A stretch of DNA of 64,000 nt, from assembly GCA_963663955.1 (NCBI GenBank), contig OY760694.1, positions 3,215,251 through 3,279,250 of the forward strand. The letters run 5' to 3'. This document shows, in pieces, positions 1-10,000 of the stretch (position 1 is its first letter; every line of letters starts with the position of its first letter). Below the pieces are notes generated by a model that saw only the letters and a list, made by a program, of their open reading frames with translations, was not told the origin of the DNA and searched no databases. The position numbers and the translations under genes are program-made. Origin of the DNA: Acidimicrobiia bacterium. GTDB lineage: Bacteria; Actinomycetota; Acidimicrobiia; Spongiisociales; Spongiisociaceae.

Positions 1-1580
1 ATATCGGACGGGGTGAATACGACCGTTGCACCGTTGGGGAACCGCCATTCGACAGCGTCCAGCACACCCAGTTTCCTGGTATCCGCCGCTTCCGCCGGGT
101 CGGGAACCTGCATTAACGCATCGATCGGCTCCTCCACCGGTGGGGCCTCGCTACGCGGGGCAGCGGATGCAACCGCCGCTGCCAGGTCCGCCGTGGTGGG
201 GACACTTTCCGGGTTCTGTCCGACTGCAATGAAAATCGGCCCGGCCCGATTCATGAGCCACCGGTAGCGAGCGGTCAATTCTCCGACCGTCACCTCTTCA
301 GCCAGGGCCGTGAGCCGGTCATGGCGGTCCTGCGGAGCGCTGAGGTCACCCCCGGACAGGAAGTGCGATACATAACTATCGGCGAACCCGGGGTCGTTTG
401 TGCTAGGGGAGGTTTCCAGCTGGTGCTCCAGGCTGGTGGCTAGCTGTTCGACAGCCCGCGCCAGGTCAGCATCCGTGAATCCGTATTCGTCAACGGTTAG
501 CAAAACGGACATGTAGGCGGCAGAGGCCTTATCAAGATCCTCGCCCTGCCAATTCGTTCCGTAGTAACGCAAGGCGTTGCCATAGGTGAAGGACGAGAAG
601 GAGGGTCGGTCGACTTGGAGGAGTTCACCCCGGTAATAGGCGTCGTCGAGCCGATTAGACACCATGATCTCGATGAGCCATTCCATCAGGCCTAGCCTCT
701 CACCCTCGTCCGTACCGGGAACCGAGCGTGGGATGGGTATGTCGAGCGATATGTAGGAATACCCCAGATCCTCATGGGTGGCAACGTAATATGAGCCTTC
801 GGGATCCGGGACGACCTCCGGCAAGGAGAAGGACGGGGCCTCTCCGGGTGGTATAGGCCCGAAGTGCTCCTCTACCAGGGCGTAAAGGTCATCGAGCGGC
901 ACGTCTCCCACCGCAACAATGGCCATGTTGGACGGCACATACCACGTCTCGTAGAAGTCCCTCAGGTCCTCGGCCGTCGTCGCTTCGATAGCGGCTTCGG
1001 TCCCGCCCGCGTAGTAACCCTCGTAGGGCGTCCCTTCGGTGTATACGCGGTCAAACTCGGCGGAGATCTGGCCGCTGCCGGTGGCGGTCCTCAAACGTAA
1101 CTCGTCGATCACCACCCCCCTCTCAAGCACGGCCGCGTCGGGGTCGATAGTCGCCGCATGGGCTAGTTGTGACAGCACATGCAGGGCGGTACTCACCTTC
1201 TCGGGCGGGTCGGCGGCTACGGTCAACTCGTATACCGTCTCGTCGTACCACACGTATGCATTGGTATCAGGACCCAATTCGGCGCCCAGGTTCCGGATCG
1301 TCGAATTCAATTCTTCAGCCGAGTAGTCCTCGGTGCCCTTGAAAAGCATGTGTTCGAGGAAATGTGCGATCCCCAGACCGGGCTCGGGTTCGTTGACCGA
1401 CCCGGCTTTGACGGCAAGTCGCATTGTTATCGAGTCACCGGGCCTGTCGTTGCTTCGCAAGTAGTACGTGAACCCATTGTCAAGCGTGCCTATCCGAATC
1501 TCCGGATCGACGGAGAGCGCTTCCGGCTCGTGACCGGGACGGGGAACCAACCGGAGGGCCCTGGCTAGTAGAGCAGCCAT
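1..1580 (-). CDS. M16 (pitrilysin/insulinase) family zinc metallopeptidase, N-terminal ~526 codons; the 3' end lies beyond the window start
   Basis: Absent from the ORF track because it runs off the window. My reverse-strand translation starts at the ATG that is the complement of 1578-1580. It reads MAALLARALRLVPRPGHEPEALSVDPEIRIGTLDNGFTYYLRSNDRPGDSITMRLAVKAGSVNEPEPGLGIAHFLEHMLFKGTEDY... and carries the inverted zinc motif HxxEH (HFLEH). The frame stays open to position 1. Confidence 0.8.
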   Translation of the reverse strand, partial: MAALLARALRLVPRPGHEPEALSVDPEIRIGTLDNGFTYYLRSNDRPGDSITMRLAVKAGSVNEPEPGLGIAHFLEHMLFKGTEDYSAEELNSTIRNLGAELGPDTNAYVWYDETVYELTVAADPPEKVSTALHVLSQLAHAATIDPDAAVLERGVVIDELRLRTATGSGQISAEFDRVYTEGTPYEGYYAGGTEAAIEATTAEDLRDFYETWYVPSNMAIVAVGDVPLDDLYALVEEHFGPIPPGEAPSFSLPEVVPDPEGSYYVATHEDLGYSYISLDIPIPRSVPGTDEGERLGLMEWLIEIMVSNRLDDAYYRGELLQVDRPSFSSFTYGNALRYYGTNWQGEDLDKASAAYMSVLLTVDEYGFTDADLARAVEQLATSLEHQLETSPSTNDPGFADSYVSHFLSGGDLSAPQDRHDRLTALAEEVTVGELTARYRWLMNRAGPIFIAVGQNPESVPTTADLAAAVASAAPRSEAPPVEEPIDALMQVPDPAEAADTRKLGVLDAVEWRFPNGATVVFTPSD

Positions 1581-1591
1581 CTCGCCGCGTG

Positions 1592-2191
1592 TTATGTCCC
1601 GGGATGGCAGAACAGCAGAGGATCGGTGGAACACCCCGTCGCGATGCCCGCGCCCGCGAGGGCATCGACGTCAGAGGCGCTCTCCGAACCGGCTATATCC
1701 CCGAATCCGGAGGAGGAAGCTGATGGAAGGTCGAAGGCCTTCACGAGCATGGTGGCGGCCTCCGCCCGGGTGACAGGACCGAAGGGACAGAACACGGAGG
1801 GATCGCCGTTGCACTGCTCGATGACACCCAACTCGGCCAGACGTTCGATGTGGGCTACGCCCGGCCAGTCGGCTCGAACGTCGGCAAACCGCTCTGACGG
1901 CTCGCCGGTTGGATCTCCGCCGTCGATGGCGCGCACCAACCACACCGCCAGAACCTCGCGCGTCAACGGATCGTCGGGACAGAATTCACCTGCGGAACAT
2001 TCCGTTCCTTCAAGAACACCCGCCAAGGCGAGGGCTTCGATGGCCGAGGTAAAACCCCCACCTGTGTGCACATCGGCATAACTCGCCTCGTGAATACCGG
2101 CAACGGGAACAGCCGACAAGGTAGTTACCATTGCCAATGCACCGAAAATTGATATCAACTTGCGCAAACGTACAATCACTGACTCCTCCAA
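1592..2191 (-). CDS. secreted protein with SLH-like (S-layer homology) repeats
   Basis: There is a hydrophobic N-terminal signal (ISIFGALAMVTTLSAVPVAG). Three repeats follow of the type F-x-D-[VI]...H...I..LA..G...GC....FCP...VTR.E.A..LV.A. It ends 12 nt upstream of the M16 start, so the two are probably co-transcribed. Confidence 0.6.
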   Translation of the reverse strand: MEESVIVRLRKLISIFGALAMVTTLSAVPVAGIHEASYADVHTGGGFTSAIEALALAGVLEGTECSAGEFCPDDPLTREVLAVWLVRAIDGGDPTGEPSERFADVRADWPGVAHIERLAELGVIEQCNGDPSVFCPFGPVTRAEAATMLVKAFDLPSASSSGFGDIAGSESASDVDALAGAGIATGCSTDPLLFCHPGT

Positions 2192-2413
2192 GAACCAAGA
2201 CAGTTGTTGATAGAAGAGTAATACCGATACTCGGTTAGAACAACAGTCACGTTTGCGACCCTCTCACTGATCACGCACTCGTCATCATCTTGCGACACCG
2301 TACTACGGCTGGTCCGGGTACCGGTTTTCCCCAGCTACGGGAAGTACAGTCATAAGGGGCCTAATCCCGGTGAGGTCCGCTATTCAGCTACCGGATCGGA
2401 AAGGACCATTCTC

Positions 2414-3499
2414 GTGCCGGAGATCCGAAGGGATCAACTCGAAGACCTTTGTACAGACGTGCTGCAAGCAGCGGGGGCTTCGGAAGCGCACGCACGGTTG
2501 GTGGCCTGCCACTTGGTGGACAACGACACGATCGGGCGCTCCTCGCACGGAGTTCTGCGCCTTCGAGATTATGTGGAAGCCATCGATCAAGGGGAGCTGA
2601 TTCCCTCCGCCGGTCCCCGCATAGAATCGGAGTCCGCATCCACCGCACGCGTTGACGGCGCCTGGGCGTTCGGCCAGGTAGTCGCCGAGTTCGCCACCGA
2701 TCTGGCTATCCGTAAAGCTCGGAGCACCGGAATCGCCTCGGTCACGATGCGGCGCGCCAAACATATCGGTCGGCTGGGCCGCTATGCGGAAAAGGCCGCC
2801 GCGTGCAACATGGCGTCCATCATTTTCACCTGTGCGGGCGGCCATGGGATCAACCAGGCGCCTTTCGGAGGAGCGGAGCGCAAACTCAGCTCGAATCCGG
2901 TCGCCATGTCCTTTCCTTCCACTCTCGAAGGACCCTTCCTGTTGGATATGGCCACCTCGGTAGTGGCCGAGGGCAAGGTGCGGACTTACCGGTACCGGGG
3001 AGAGGAAACCCCGGCCGGGTGGATAATCGACTCGGCGGGAAACCCTACTACCGACCCCGACGACTACTACGCCGGTGGCGCCATCCTCCCGCTGGGCCGC
3101 GAGGAAGGGCACAAAGGTTATGCCCTCGCCTTCATGGTGGAACTGTTCGGCGGCATCCTGTCAGGGGGAGGAATACCTGGAGACCCGACGGATTCCTTCA
3201 GCAATGACTCGATGATCATCGTGCTCGATCCACAGCGCTTCGTGCCGATTGACGAAGCCAAGCGACGGGCATCACTGTTGACAGATCACCTAAAGTCCAC
3301 TCGGCGCGTCGATGACTCACAGCCCATCATGTATCCGGGGGAGATCGAGGCGACCGCCCGAATTGCCCACCGTGGCCGGCCGATCGACCTGCTTGATGCG
3401 ACCTGGCAAGGCATCCTGGACGTTCTCCGGAAGTACTCTCTACCCGAACCCTCGTTAGGTCGCATACCTACCCGAGGGACCCGAACAGAGACCAGCTAG
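2414..3499 (+). CDS. Ldh_2 family (malate/L-lactate/ureidoglycolate dehydrogenase type) oxidoreductase
   Basis: The 361-aa ORF has an N-terminal pattern (HLVDNDTIGRSSHGVLRLRDYVEAI ... HIGRLG ... GGAERKLSSNP) that matches my recollection of the Ldh_2 family. Confidence 0.75.
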   Translation: MPEIRRDQLEDLCTDVLQAAGASEAHARLVACHLVDNDTIGRSSHGVLRLRDYVEAIDQGELIPSAGPRIESESASTARVDGAWAFGQVVAEFATDLAIRKARSTGIASVTMRRAKHIGRLGRYAEKAAACNMASIIFTCAGGHGINQAPFGGAERKLSSNPVAMSFPSTLEGPFLLDMATSVVAEGKVRTYRYRGEETPAGWIIDSAGNPTTDPDDYYAGGAILPLGREEGHKGYALAFMVELFGGILSGGGIPGDPTDSFSNDSMIIVLDPQRFVPIDEAKRRASLLTDHLKSTRRVDDSQPIMYPGEIEATARIAHRGRPIDLLDATWQGILDVLRKYSLPEPSLGRIPTRGTRTETS

Positions 3500-3556
3500 C
3501 GCACCAACTGGTGGTCTCCCGATTCGGGCGACCACCCGAGCACATCACGGCGGATG

Positions 3557-3764
3557 CCCGGATCCCGAGAACGCGAAAATCGCCGACGCAGGCCACCCCC
3601 TCCGGGCCCACCCCCACCGCCACCTGTCCTGGGTTCGGAACGCGCCGACCTTGCCCTCACCGGGCTTGGCTGTATTGATCTCTGCCCGGTCGAAGCTCGG
3701 TACCGGAACCGACCGACGATGCTTACGGTTACCTATCAGTATGCAACACATCTGGGACAGATCC
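3557..3764 (+). repeat. conserved non-coding element, copy A (candidate structured sRNA or MITE-like repeat)
   Basis: Block-wise similarity to the reverse complement of 10200-10437. Shared blocks are cgcgaaaa, ccaccccc(a)accgcc and ggtacc.ga.ccgac...gcttacggttacc...cagtatgca...gacagatcc. It lies in a convergent intergenic region, and the reading frames are not conserved between the two copies. Confidence 0.4.
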
Positions 3765-3863
3765 AACCCCTTTAAGGCCCAAACACCCATGAATACAACC
3801 GAGGCACAACTCAGGACTGAGGTTCGTTCCAGCCCGGTCCTACTAAAGCGGGTAGCCGGACGG

Positions 3864-5471
3864 TCAGGTACCTAGCCTTCGCAGGACACGACCCGCGGTG
3901 GTCTCCATTAGTCGGCCGGCTTCGATGGCGACCCGTCCGTTGACGAACACGTAGTCCATGCCGACCGCCCTGGAACGGGGATTCTCGAAAGTGGCCCGAT
4001 CACGAACACGGTCCGGGTCGAAGACCACCACGTCAGCGGCGGCGCCTGCCCGGATGATTCCTCGATCTGCCAGTCCGTAGCGGGTCGCCGGCATCAAGGT
4101 CATCCGGCGGACGGCATCTGCTAGGCCGAGCCATCCCTTCTCCCGTACCAGGTGGGCCAAGACACGGGCATGGGCGCCGAAGCCTCTCGGGTGAGGGTAG
4201 GCGCCCCGGAACAACCCGTCGGAGCCGACCATCCCTAGGGGGTGGGTCATGGCGCGGCGTAGCTTGGCCTCGTCATCCCAGCGGTAAACCATCAGCACCC
4301 GCAGGCGGCACTCGACGAGCAGCGTGCATACCGCATCTGCCAGGGTGTCACCCGCCGCACCAAGGGCGTCGGTGAGCGGGCGGCCCTGGAGATGCTGGTA
4401 TGGACCGGGCGGTAGCGAGGAGAAGAAGGCGTTGTCCGCACCGGCCACATATGACTCGAAGAACTTCTTAATGTGCGGAGCGATTCGGGAACGCACACCG
4501 GGATCCTTAAGCAATTGGATGGTCCGCTTGGGTGGTCCCTGCTCCACCCACTTGGGAAGGCAGAATGCCAGATGGCTGCTGGCGGCCATGTAGGGATAGG
4601 CGTCGAAGGTAACATCCTGGCCCTCGTCCCGGGCGTCGCTGAGCAGTTGGTATAGCTGATCGGTTCCGAACAGATGGGAAATGTGGACCGCCACCCCCGA
4701 TTCACGGCCCACCCGGAGGGCCTCTCTGACACCACCGAATGTGTCGCCCCGGACGCCTCGTACATGGGAGGTGTACACCCCGCCGTAACCGGCCACCACT
4801 CGAGCCACCGCGATCAGCTCCTCGGTGGTGGCATGGCCCGACGGAAAGTAGTCAAGGCCAACCTGGATGCCGGGAGCGCCTTCCTCCATCCCTTGCCTTG
4901 TCAGGTCCTCCATTCGGGCGACCTCAGCAGGTGTCGCCGGGCGCGGCGCCCAACCGACCGCCTCGGCTCGGACGGCGTTGAAGCCCACCTGGGGAACCAC
5001 ATTTATACCGACTCGCCGGTCGAACATCCTCAGATACTCGGCGGAGGTGGACCACTCCCAGGAAGGATCGGGGGGGCCGTTGAACACCTCGAGGTAGGCC
5101 TCCATCTCGGCGCGACGTTCCCCCACCAGCGGTGCGTAGGCGAACCCGTCCGGAGAGAGAAGATCGGTAGTGATCCCTTGGCGGAGTCGGGCGTCAACGT
5201 CAGCCCCTCGGAGCAAAGAGAACTCAGAATGAGAATGGACATCTATGAAGCCGGGGCAGATAACAGCGCCGCCCATGTCCACGGTTCGGCGGGCTTCCCT
5301 ACCGGCTAGGTCACCTACCGCAGCTATGTCTTCTCCGACTAGGCCGACATCGGCCCGGAAACCGGGTTTGCCGGTCCCGTCTACCACGGTTCCGCCTGCC
5401 AGCAACCAGTCGAGCATGCCGCCTCCCGTTTGACTCCCGCAACTCCATCGAATGTTACCGGCCCCGTCCAC
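3864..5471 (-). CDS. D-aminoacylase / N-acyl-D-amino-acid deacylase family amidohydrolase
   Basis: The N-terminus reads LLAGGTVVDGTGKPGFRADVGLVGEDIAAVGDL...VICPGFIDVHSHSE, with an HxH metal motif, and later GGVYTSHVRG. The likely true start is the ATG at 5417, which is preceded by GGGAGG. Confidence 0.8.
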   Translation of the reverse strand: MDGAGNIRWSCGSQTGGGMLDWLLAGGTVVDGTGKPGFRADVGLVGEDIAAVGDLAGREARRTVDMGGAVICPGFIDVHSHSEFSLLRGADVDARLRQGITTDLLSPDGFAYAPLVGERRAEMEAYLEVFNGPPDPSWEWSTSAEYLRMFDRRVGINVVPQVGFNAVRAEAVGWAPRPATPAEVARMEDLTRQGMEEGAPGIQVGLDYFPSGHATTEELIAVARVVAGYGGVYTSHVRGVRGDTFGGVREALRVGRESGVAVHISHLFGTDQLYQLLSDARDEGQDVTFDAYPYMAASSHLAFCLPKWVEQGPPKRTIQLLKDPGVRSRIAPHIKKFFESYVAGADNAFFSSLPPGPYQHLQGRPLTDALGAAGDTLADAVCTLLVECRLRVLMVYRWDDEAKLRRAMTHPLGMVGSDGLFRGAYPHPRGFGAHARVLAHLVREKGWLGLADAVRRMTLMPATRYGLADRGIIRAGAAADVVVFDPDRVRDRATFENPRSRAVGMDYVFVNGRVAIEAGRLMETTAGRVLRRLGT

Positions 5472-5544
5472 GATTACTCATGAGCGGAGCGGGCCGGAGT
5501 TCTACTAGATTTGGACATAATCGGGATAGACAAGGAGCAGAGAG

Positions 5545-6870
5545 ATGGCTGCGAAGGCTCTGGTTGGCGGAAAGGTAATAGACGGTACCGGCAGGGAACC
5601 CATCGACGACGCGGTGGTGCTGATCGACGGGGAACGGATCGATGCGGTGTTCCGTAGTGGGGAAATGGAGGTTCCCGCCGATGCCGAGGTAGTTGATATC
5701 TCCGGCTCTACGGTGATCCCGGGCCTGATCGATTGCCATGTTCATGTCGGAGTGCTGGCCGACAACTCGTTCCTCCAGGTGGAGGATCCCGGTTCCTTGG
5801 CCGACCTGTTCATGACCACCCTGTTACGCCACGGGGTGACAACAGTCCGGGACACGGGGAACTTCGATCCGGGAGAGGTCTTCCATACCTTCAAGCAAGG
5901 GCGCGATACCTGGCCGCGCTTCTTCGGCGCCGGGACGATCCTGGACGGCCCGGCCGATCCTCCGGCGCCGTGGCGATGGCTGGCGATCATCGACGATGAA
6001 GCGACCGCCCGAACGGAAACCGCCCGGCTTGCCGACGCCGGGATGGACTTTATAAAGGTGTACGTGTGGGCACGCCTCCCGGTCCTGCGGGCGGTGGTCT
6101 CCGAAGCTCACAAGCGGGGAGTAAGGGTGGCTGCACACGTTGGCCATGTCGTGACCGTCGAGGAGGCGGTGAAGGTCGGGGTCGATGCCCTCGAACATGT
6201 GCGGATAGGCCGGGAACTGGTACCGGAGGAACGCCAAGCGGACCTCGAAGCCCTGGCGGGCCGTATCCTTGATCCTCTGGTCGGTTTCCAGCCGTGGCGC
6301 TTTATCGATCCCGGATCAGATCTGGCAAACGGCTTGATAGCTCTAATGGCCGAGCGTGGGACCTTCATCACCCCCACCCTCACCCTCTCGCAAAGCATCC
6401 TGGCCGGCAACACCCCGCAGGCCGCAAACCCACCCGGACTCGACGAAATGCCCGACGCCGTCAAGGAGCAGTGGAACCAGTACGCCTACCCGTTCGATTA
6501 CAGCGAGACGGACTGGGAGCAGGCGCCGGTCGAGCTTCGCAACCAGATGACCTTCATCGGTCGAGCCCAGCGAGGCGGGGTGAAAGTAACGGCCGGCACC
6601 GACCTGACCAACCCGTTTGTTGTTCCGGGCCACAGCATGCACGAAGAGCTACGCCTTTTGGTAGAGGGTTGCGGATTCCACCCGATGGAGGCCATCGTCG
6701 CCGCCACCAGTCGGGCCGCCGAACTGCTCGGGCAGAGCAACGACCTGGGCACCGTCGAGAAGCGCAAGCTGGCCGATCTGGTGGTTCTCGAGGCTGATCC
6801 TCTGGAGGACATCCGGAACACCCGCCGGATTTCAGCCGTTTACAAGGGAGGTCGGGCGACCGTCGCCTGA
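5545..6870 (+). CDS. amidohydrolase family protein (imidazolonepropionase / Xaa-Pro dipeptidase-like)
   Basis: Contains GGKVIDGTG...VIPGLIDCHVHVG (HxH), later AAHVGH, and a C-terminal LADLVVLEADPLEDI typical of the amidohydrolase superfamily. Confidence 0.75.
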   Translation: MAAKALVGGKVIDGTGREPIDDAVVLIDGERIDAVFRSGEMEVPADAEVVDISGSTVIPGLIDCHVHVGVLADNSFLQVEDPGSLADLFMTTLLRHGVTTVRDTGNFDPGEVFHTFKQGRDTWPRFFGAGTILDGPADPPAPWRWLAIIDDEATARTETARLADAGMDFIKVYVWARLPVLRAVVSEAHKRGVRVAAHVGHVVTVEEAVKVGVDALEHVRIGRELVPEERQADLEALAGRILDPLVGFQPWRFIDPGSDLANGLIALMAERGTFITPTLTLSQSILAGNTPQAANPPGLDEMPDAVKEQWNQYAYPFDYSETDWEQAPVELRNQMTFIGRAQRGGVKVTAGTDLTNPFVVPGHSMHEELRLLVEGCGFHPMEAIVAATSRAAELLGQSNDLGTVEKRKLADLVVLEADPLEDIRNTRRISAVYKGGRATVA

Positions 6871-6871
6871 T

Positions 6872-7726
6872 CTAGCCGGGGACGATCCGCAACCTGGCCC
6901 CGGCTGCCGCGTCCGGGTCGATATCGACTCCCGCGGGCGACTCCCGGTAACGGACCCGGCGGCGGGCCAGCACCCGGACCGTCCGGTCGACATCACCGGA
7001 TTGCAACACCAGCCGGAGCGGTCCGGGTCCGCGACGGTCCAACTCCTCGGCCACCCGGCCGGTTCCGGTCGGTTGGTGCAACCCCAATCGGAATCCGTCT
7101 ACGCGGTAGTAGAGGATTCGGGCCGCGGGTCGTTGTTGCCGTGACTCCGGTCGCAGGCCGAGCCCTTGCTCGTAGATCGCCGCCGCCGAGGCCAAGTCCT
7201 CCACCGCAAGGTCAATCCCGCCAACACCGGTGACCCCGCAGGCGTGATCGCCCGGCGGATCCCATTCGAGTAGTTCCGCCGGGGTGGTGATCCAGTCGAT
7301 CAAATAGGGCCAAGGTTTGCGCCATGGCGATGCGCCGGGAAGTACCAGTCGCCACGCCAGCCGCCCGCCAAGCGCATGGATGCGGTCCATCTCGAAGGGC
7401 CCTTCCACCTCGAGACCGAGCGTACGGAGCCCCTCCGCTTCCTGATGGAGTCCGGCACCCGCCAGAACGAACCCCACCAGACCCGAGTCCCGCTGCACGA
7501 AGGCCAGCAACTCGGCGCCGAAGGTGCCCCTGGCCCGGGCGGTGTCCGGATGTTCGACCGCCAGCAACTCCAGATAATCGAGACCGAAGCGGACTATGGC
7601 ATTGCGGGTCCCGAGCGACGGGTGACGGCCTCCTTCCGCCACCTCGAACCCGAGACGCCCGAAAGCCTCCATCGCCTCCTCGAGGTCGGGCACCCCTATC
7701 ACGGCATGGTCGAATCGTTCGATCAC
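6872..7726 (-). CDS. VOC / glyoxalase-like domain protein
   Basis: Starts MIERFDHAVIGVPDLEEAMEAFGRLGFEV..GGRHPSLGTRNAIV.F..DYLELL. The repeated beta-alpha-beta-beta-beta style halves are typical of the glyoxalase-like family. Confidence 0.6.
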   Translation of the reverse strand: MIERFDHAVIGVPDLEEAMEAFGRLGFEVAEGGRHPSLGTRNAIVRFGLDYLELLAVEHPDTARARGTFGAELLAFVQRDSGLVGFVLAGAGLHQEAEGLRTLGLEVEGPFEMDRIHALGGRLAWRLVLPGASPWRKPWPYLIDWITTPAELLEWDPPGDHACGVTGVGGIDLAVEDLASAAAIYEQGLGLRPESRQQRPAARILYYRVDGFRLGLHQPTGTGRVAEELDRRGPGPLRLVLQSGDVDRTVRVLARRRVRYRESPAGVDIDPDAAAGARLRIVPG

Positions 7727-7732
7727 GAGCTA

Positions 7733-8719
7733 TCACTCCACCAATGCCGGAAGCACCTGTCGGGTGACCCGCCGGAACTGTTCCGCTTCGTCGTAGCCCA
7801 CCAGCCTGAGCGTAATCGTGGTGGCCCCGGCCTCCACGAATCGGCGAATCAGACGGATGCATCGTTCGGGAGACCCTACCGCTACCCACCTTTCCAGGAA
7901 GTCGCGGTCGTAGTTGACCCCGTAATAGTCCTTCAAATAGGCACCCACCTCATCGAAACCTCGTTCCCGGTCATCATTGACGTGGATGTTGTAGTAGAGG
8001 CAGGCTTCGAACCCGTCCACCAAGGGCTTGCCTTCCTCGGCCCCGTACCTGCGGATCGCGGCCAGGTTGGCGGCGAAGCTGTCCGCGGTGTTGGCGGTGG
8101 TCATCCAACCGTCACCTAGCCTGGCCACCCTTCTCAGCGCCCGTTCGGCCAGCTTCGGGAAGGCGGGATTCGGATTGGCGGTCACCCAGATCGGAAGGGG
8201 CTGCTGGACGGGGCGGGGCAGCACGGTAACGTCCTGGAACCGGTTGTAGGTACCTTCATAGGATGCGTTCTCGGTTTGGGAGACCAGCCGGAGGATCTCG
8301 ATTCCCTCCTCCATGCGGCGGCTCCGGGTCCCCGGATCGATACCGAAGGCCGCGAACTCCTCCGCGAACTTGCCTCCTCCCGCCTCCCGCTGGCCCTGGC
8401 AAGCCACGAAAATGGATCGTCCAGCGGATACGGCGTCGAAACTCAGCCACTGGTAAGCCATCAGCAAGGCATCGCGCAGCGGCATGCTGGCCATGCACCC
8501 GACCCCGAGACGGACCCGTTCGGTGCAGGCGGCCAGCGCCCCCAGCGCCACCATGGCGTCGAGCCGCGGCTTGGCGAACACCGAATCCCCCACCCACACC
8601 GAATCCCAGACCTTCGCTCGGTCGGCCTCGGCGCCCAGGTCGAGCATCTCATTCACCGTGGACATGCCAAGCAACACGCTGCGGTTGGATAACGTGAGCC
8701 CATACTTGGCCGGGGCCAT
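7733..8719 (-). CDS. LLM-class (luciferase-like) flavin/F420-dependent oxidoreductase
   Basis: The 328-aa ORF has the pattern GLTLSNR....EMLDLGAEADRAKVWDSVWVGDS...RLGVGCMAS...FAEEFAAFGIDP..R.RRMEEGIEILR, characteristic of LLM oxidoreductases. Confidence 0.7.
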   Translation of the reverse strand: MAPAKYGLTLSNRSVLLGMSTVNEMLDLGAEADRAKVWDSVWVGDSVFAKPRLDAMVALGALAACTERVRLGVGCMASMPLRDALLMAYQWLSFDAVSAGRSIFVACQGQREAGGGKFAEEFAAFGIDPGTRSRRMEEGIEILRLVSQTENASYEGTYNRFQDVTVLPRPVQQPLPIWVTANPNPAFPKLAERALRRVARLGDGWMTTANTADSFAANLAAIRRYGAEEGKPLVDGFEACLYYNIHVNDDRERGFDEVGAYLKDYYGVNYDRDFLERWVAVGSPERCIRLIRRFVEAGATTITLRLVGYDEAEQFRRVTRQVLPALVE

Positions 8720-8841
8720 CGACCTCCCCTCTCCGATCCGATCAACCTAACAAGCCCGAAGCGTTCATCCCAAGACAGCGCCGAGACTGCGCTTCTCTCG
8801 GGATTTCCACCGTCGCTCCACGAATTACATGGATGTGGTGG

Positions 8842-8997
8842 TTGTTCGGTTCTTTTATTCTGCTTTGACCGAACAATTTCATCCCGGAACATGTCCTGGG
8901 AGTCCGATCCCATCAACTCATGTCGATCCAGTCGGAACTCCCCCTGTCGACCAGCAAAATTGTTCGGTATCATTATTAGTGCCATGAACGAACAATT
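8842..8997. promoter_or_regulatory. two perfect 9-bp inverted repeats sharing a TTGTTCG/CGAACAA core, upstream of and overlapping the Fic start
   Basis: The first is TTGTTCGGT-N17-ACCGAACAA (8842-8876). The second is AATTGTTCG-N22-CGAACAATT (8958-8997) and spans the ATG at 8984. Both sit in locally AT-rich sequence. Confidence 0.3.
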
Positions 8998-10000
8998 ATC
9001 TACACCACGGCGCGGCAGGCCTTCGCACCTCCAGATCTATGAGCGGCTGGCGGTTCAGGTACGAGAACTCCACGATCGAATGGGCGGACTGCCCACTCCT
9101 CTCGAGGCGGCCGGAATCTGGAAACGTATCTGGCATGGAGAGGTTCATCATTCCACCGCGATCGAAGGTAACACCCTGGTTCAACGCGAGGTGGAACGCC
9201 TGCTCGAAGAGGGACGCGCCGAAGGTAATCGACCGCTGAGCGAGTATCTGGAGGTCAAAGGGTACGCCGACGCCGCCGATTGGGTGTACCGGCAGGTAGC
9301 GCCTCTGAGGGAATCGTCCGCACCCGATCCTATCCTGACACTCGCCGATGTGAGGATGATCCATCACAAGGCAATGACACCGGTCTGGAACGTGAACCCA
9401 CATCCGGCTGCGAGTGACTCCGAAACGCCCGGTGCCTACCGAAAGCACGAAATCCGTCCTTTCCCCGGTGGAATGACCCCCGTGCCATGGCCCCTCATCC
9501 CCGCGGAGATGACGGCCTGGATCGATCAGGCCAACTCCCTCCAGCCGGATGATCCGACGTTTCCTGAACAGTTAGCGGTCCTGCACTGCCGGTTCGAGCA
9601 GATCCACCCGTTCCTGGACGGCAACGGCAGGTCCGGGCGATTGGTCCTCAACCTGATCCTTGTCCGGCTGGGCTTTCCACCGGCCATTATCTACAAACGG
9701 GATAGGGACCGTTACCTCCGCGCGCTCCGGCGGGCCGATGCGGGGGAACCGGGAACCTTGGCGGTGCTAATTGCCCGAGCGATCCTCGATACCATGTACC
9801 AGCATGTGATACCCGCCGTCGCCGGGCCCGCGCGTCTAGTCCCACTGGCGGCGCTCGCCACCTCCGACCTCAAGGCTCCTGCGCTGAGAACCGCCGCCGC
9901 TCGCGGTCGGTTACAGGCCACTCGCGGACCCGACGGTCAGTGGCGCAGCTCACGGCGCTGGGTCGAGGATTACAAGGCGAGTCGCTGGATCCGGAACTGA
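8984..10000 (+). CDS. Fic family protein (AMPylase-type Fido domain)
   Basis: The canonical Fic motif HPFLDGNGRSGR is present. The track ORF starts at 8891, but the ATG at 8984 (MNEQLSTPRRGRPS...) is the more plausible start. Confidence 0.85.
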   Translation: MNEQLSTPRRGRPSHLQIYERLAVQVRELHDRMGGLPTPLEAAGIWKRIWHGEVHHSTAIEGNTLVQREVERLLEEGRAEGNRPLSEYLEVKGYADAADWVYRQVAPLRESSAPDPILTLADVRMIHHKAMTPVWNVNPHPAASDSETPGAYRKHEIRPFPGGMTPVPWPLIPAEMTAWIDQANSLQPDDPTFPEQLAVLHCRFEQIHPFLDGNGRSGRLVLNLILVRLGFPPAIIYKRDRDRYLRALRRADAGEPGTLAVLIARAILDTMYQHVIPAVAGPARLVPLAALATSDLKAPALRTAAARGRLQATRGPDGQWRSSRRWVEDYKASRWIRN

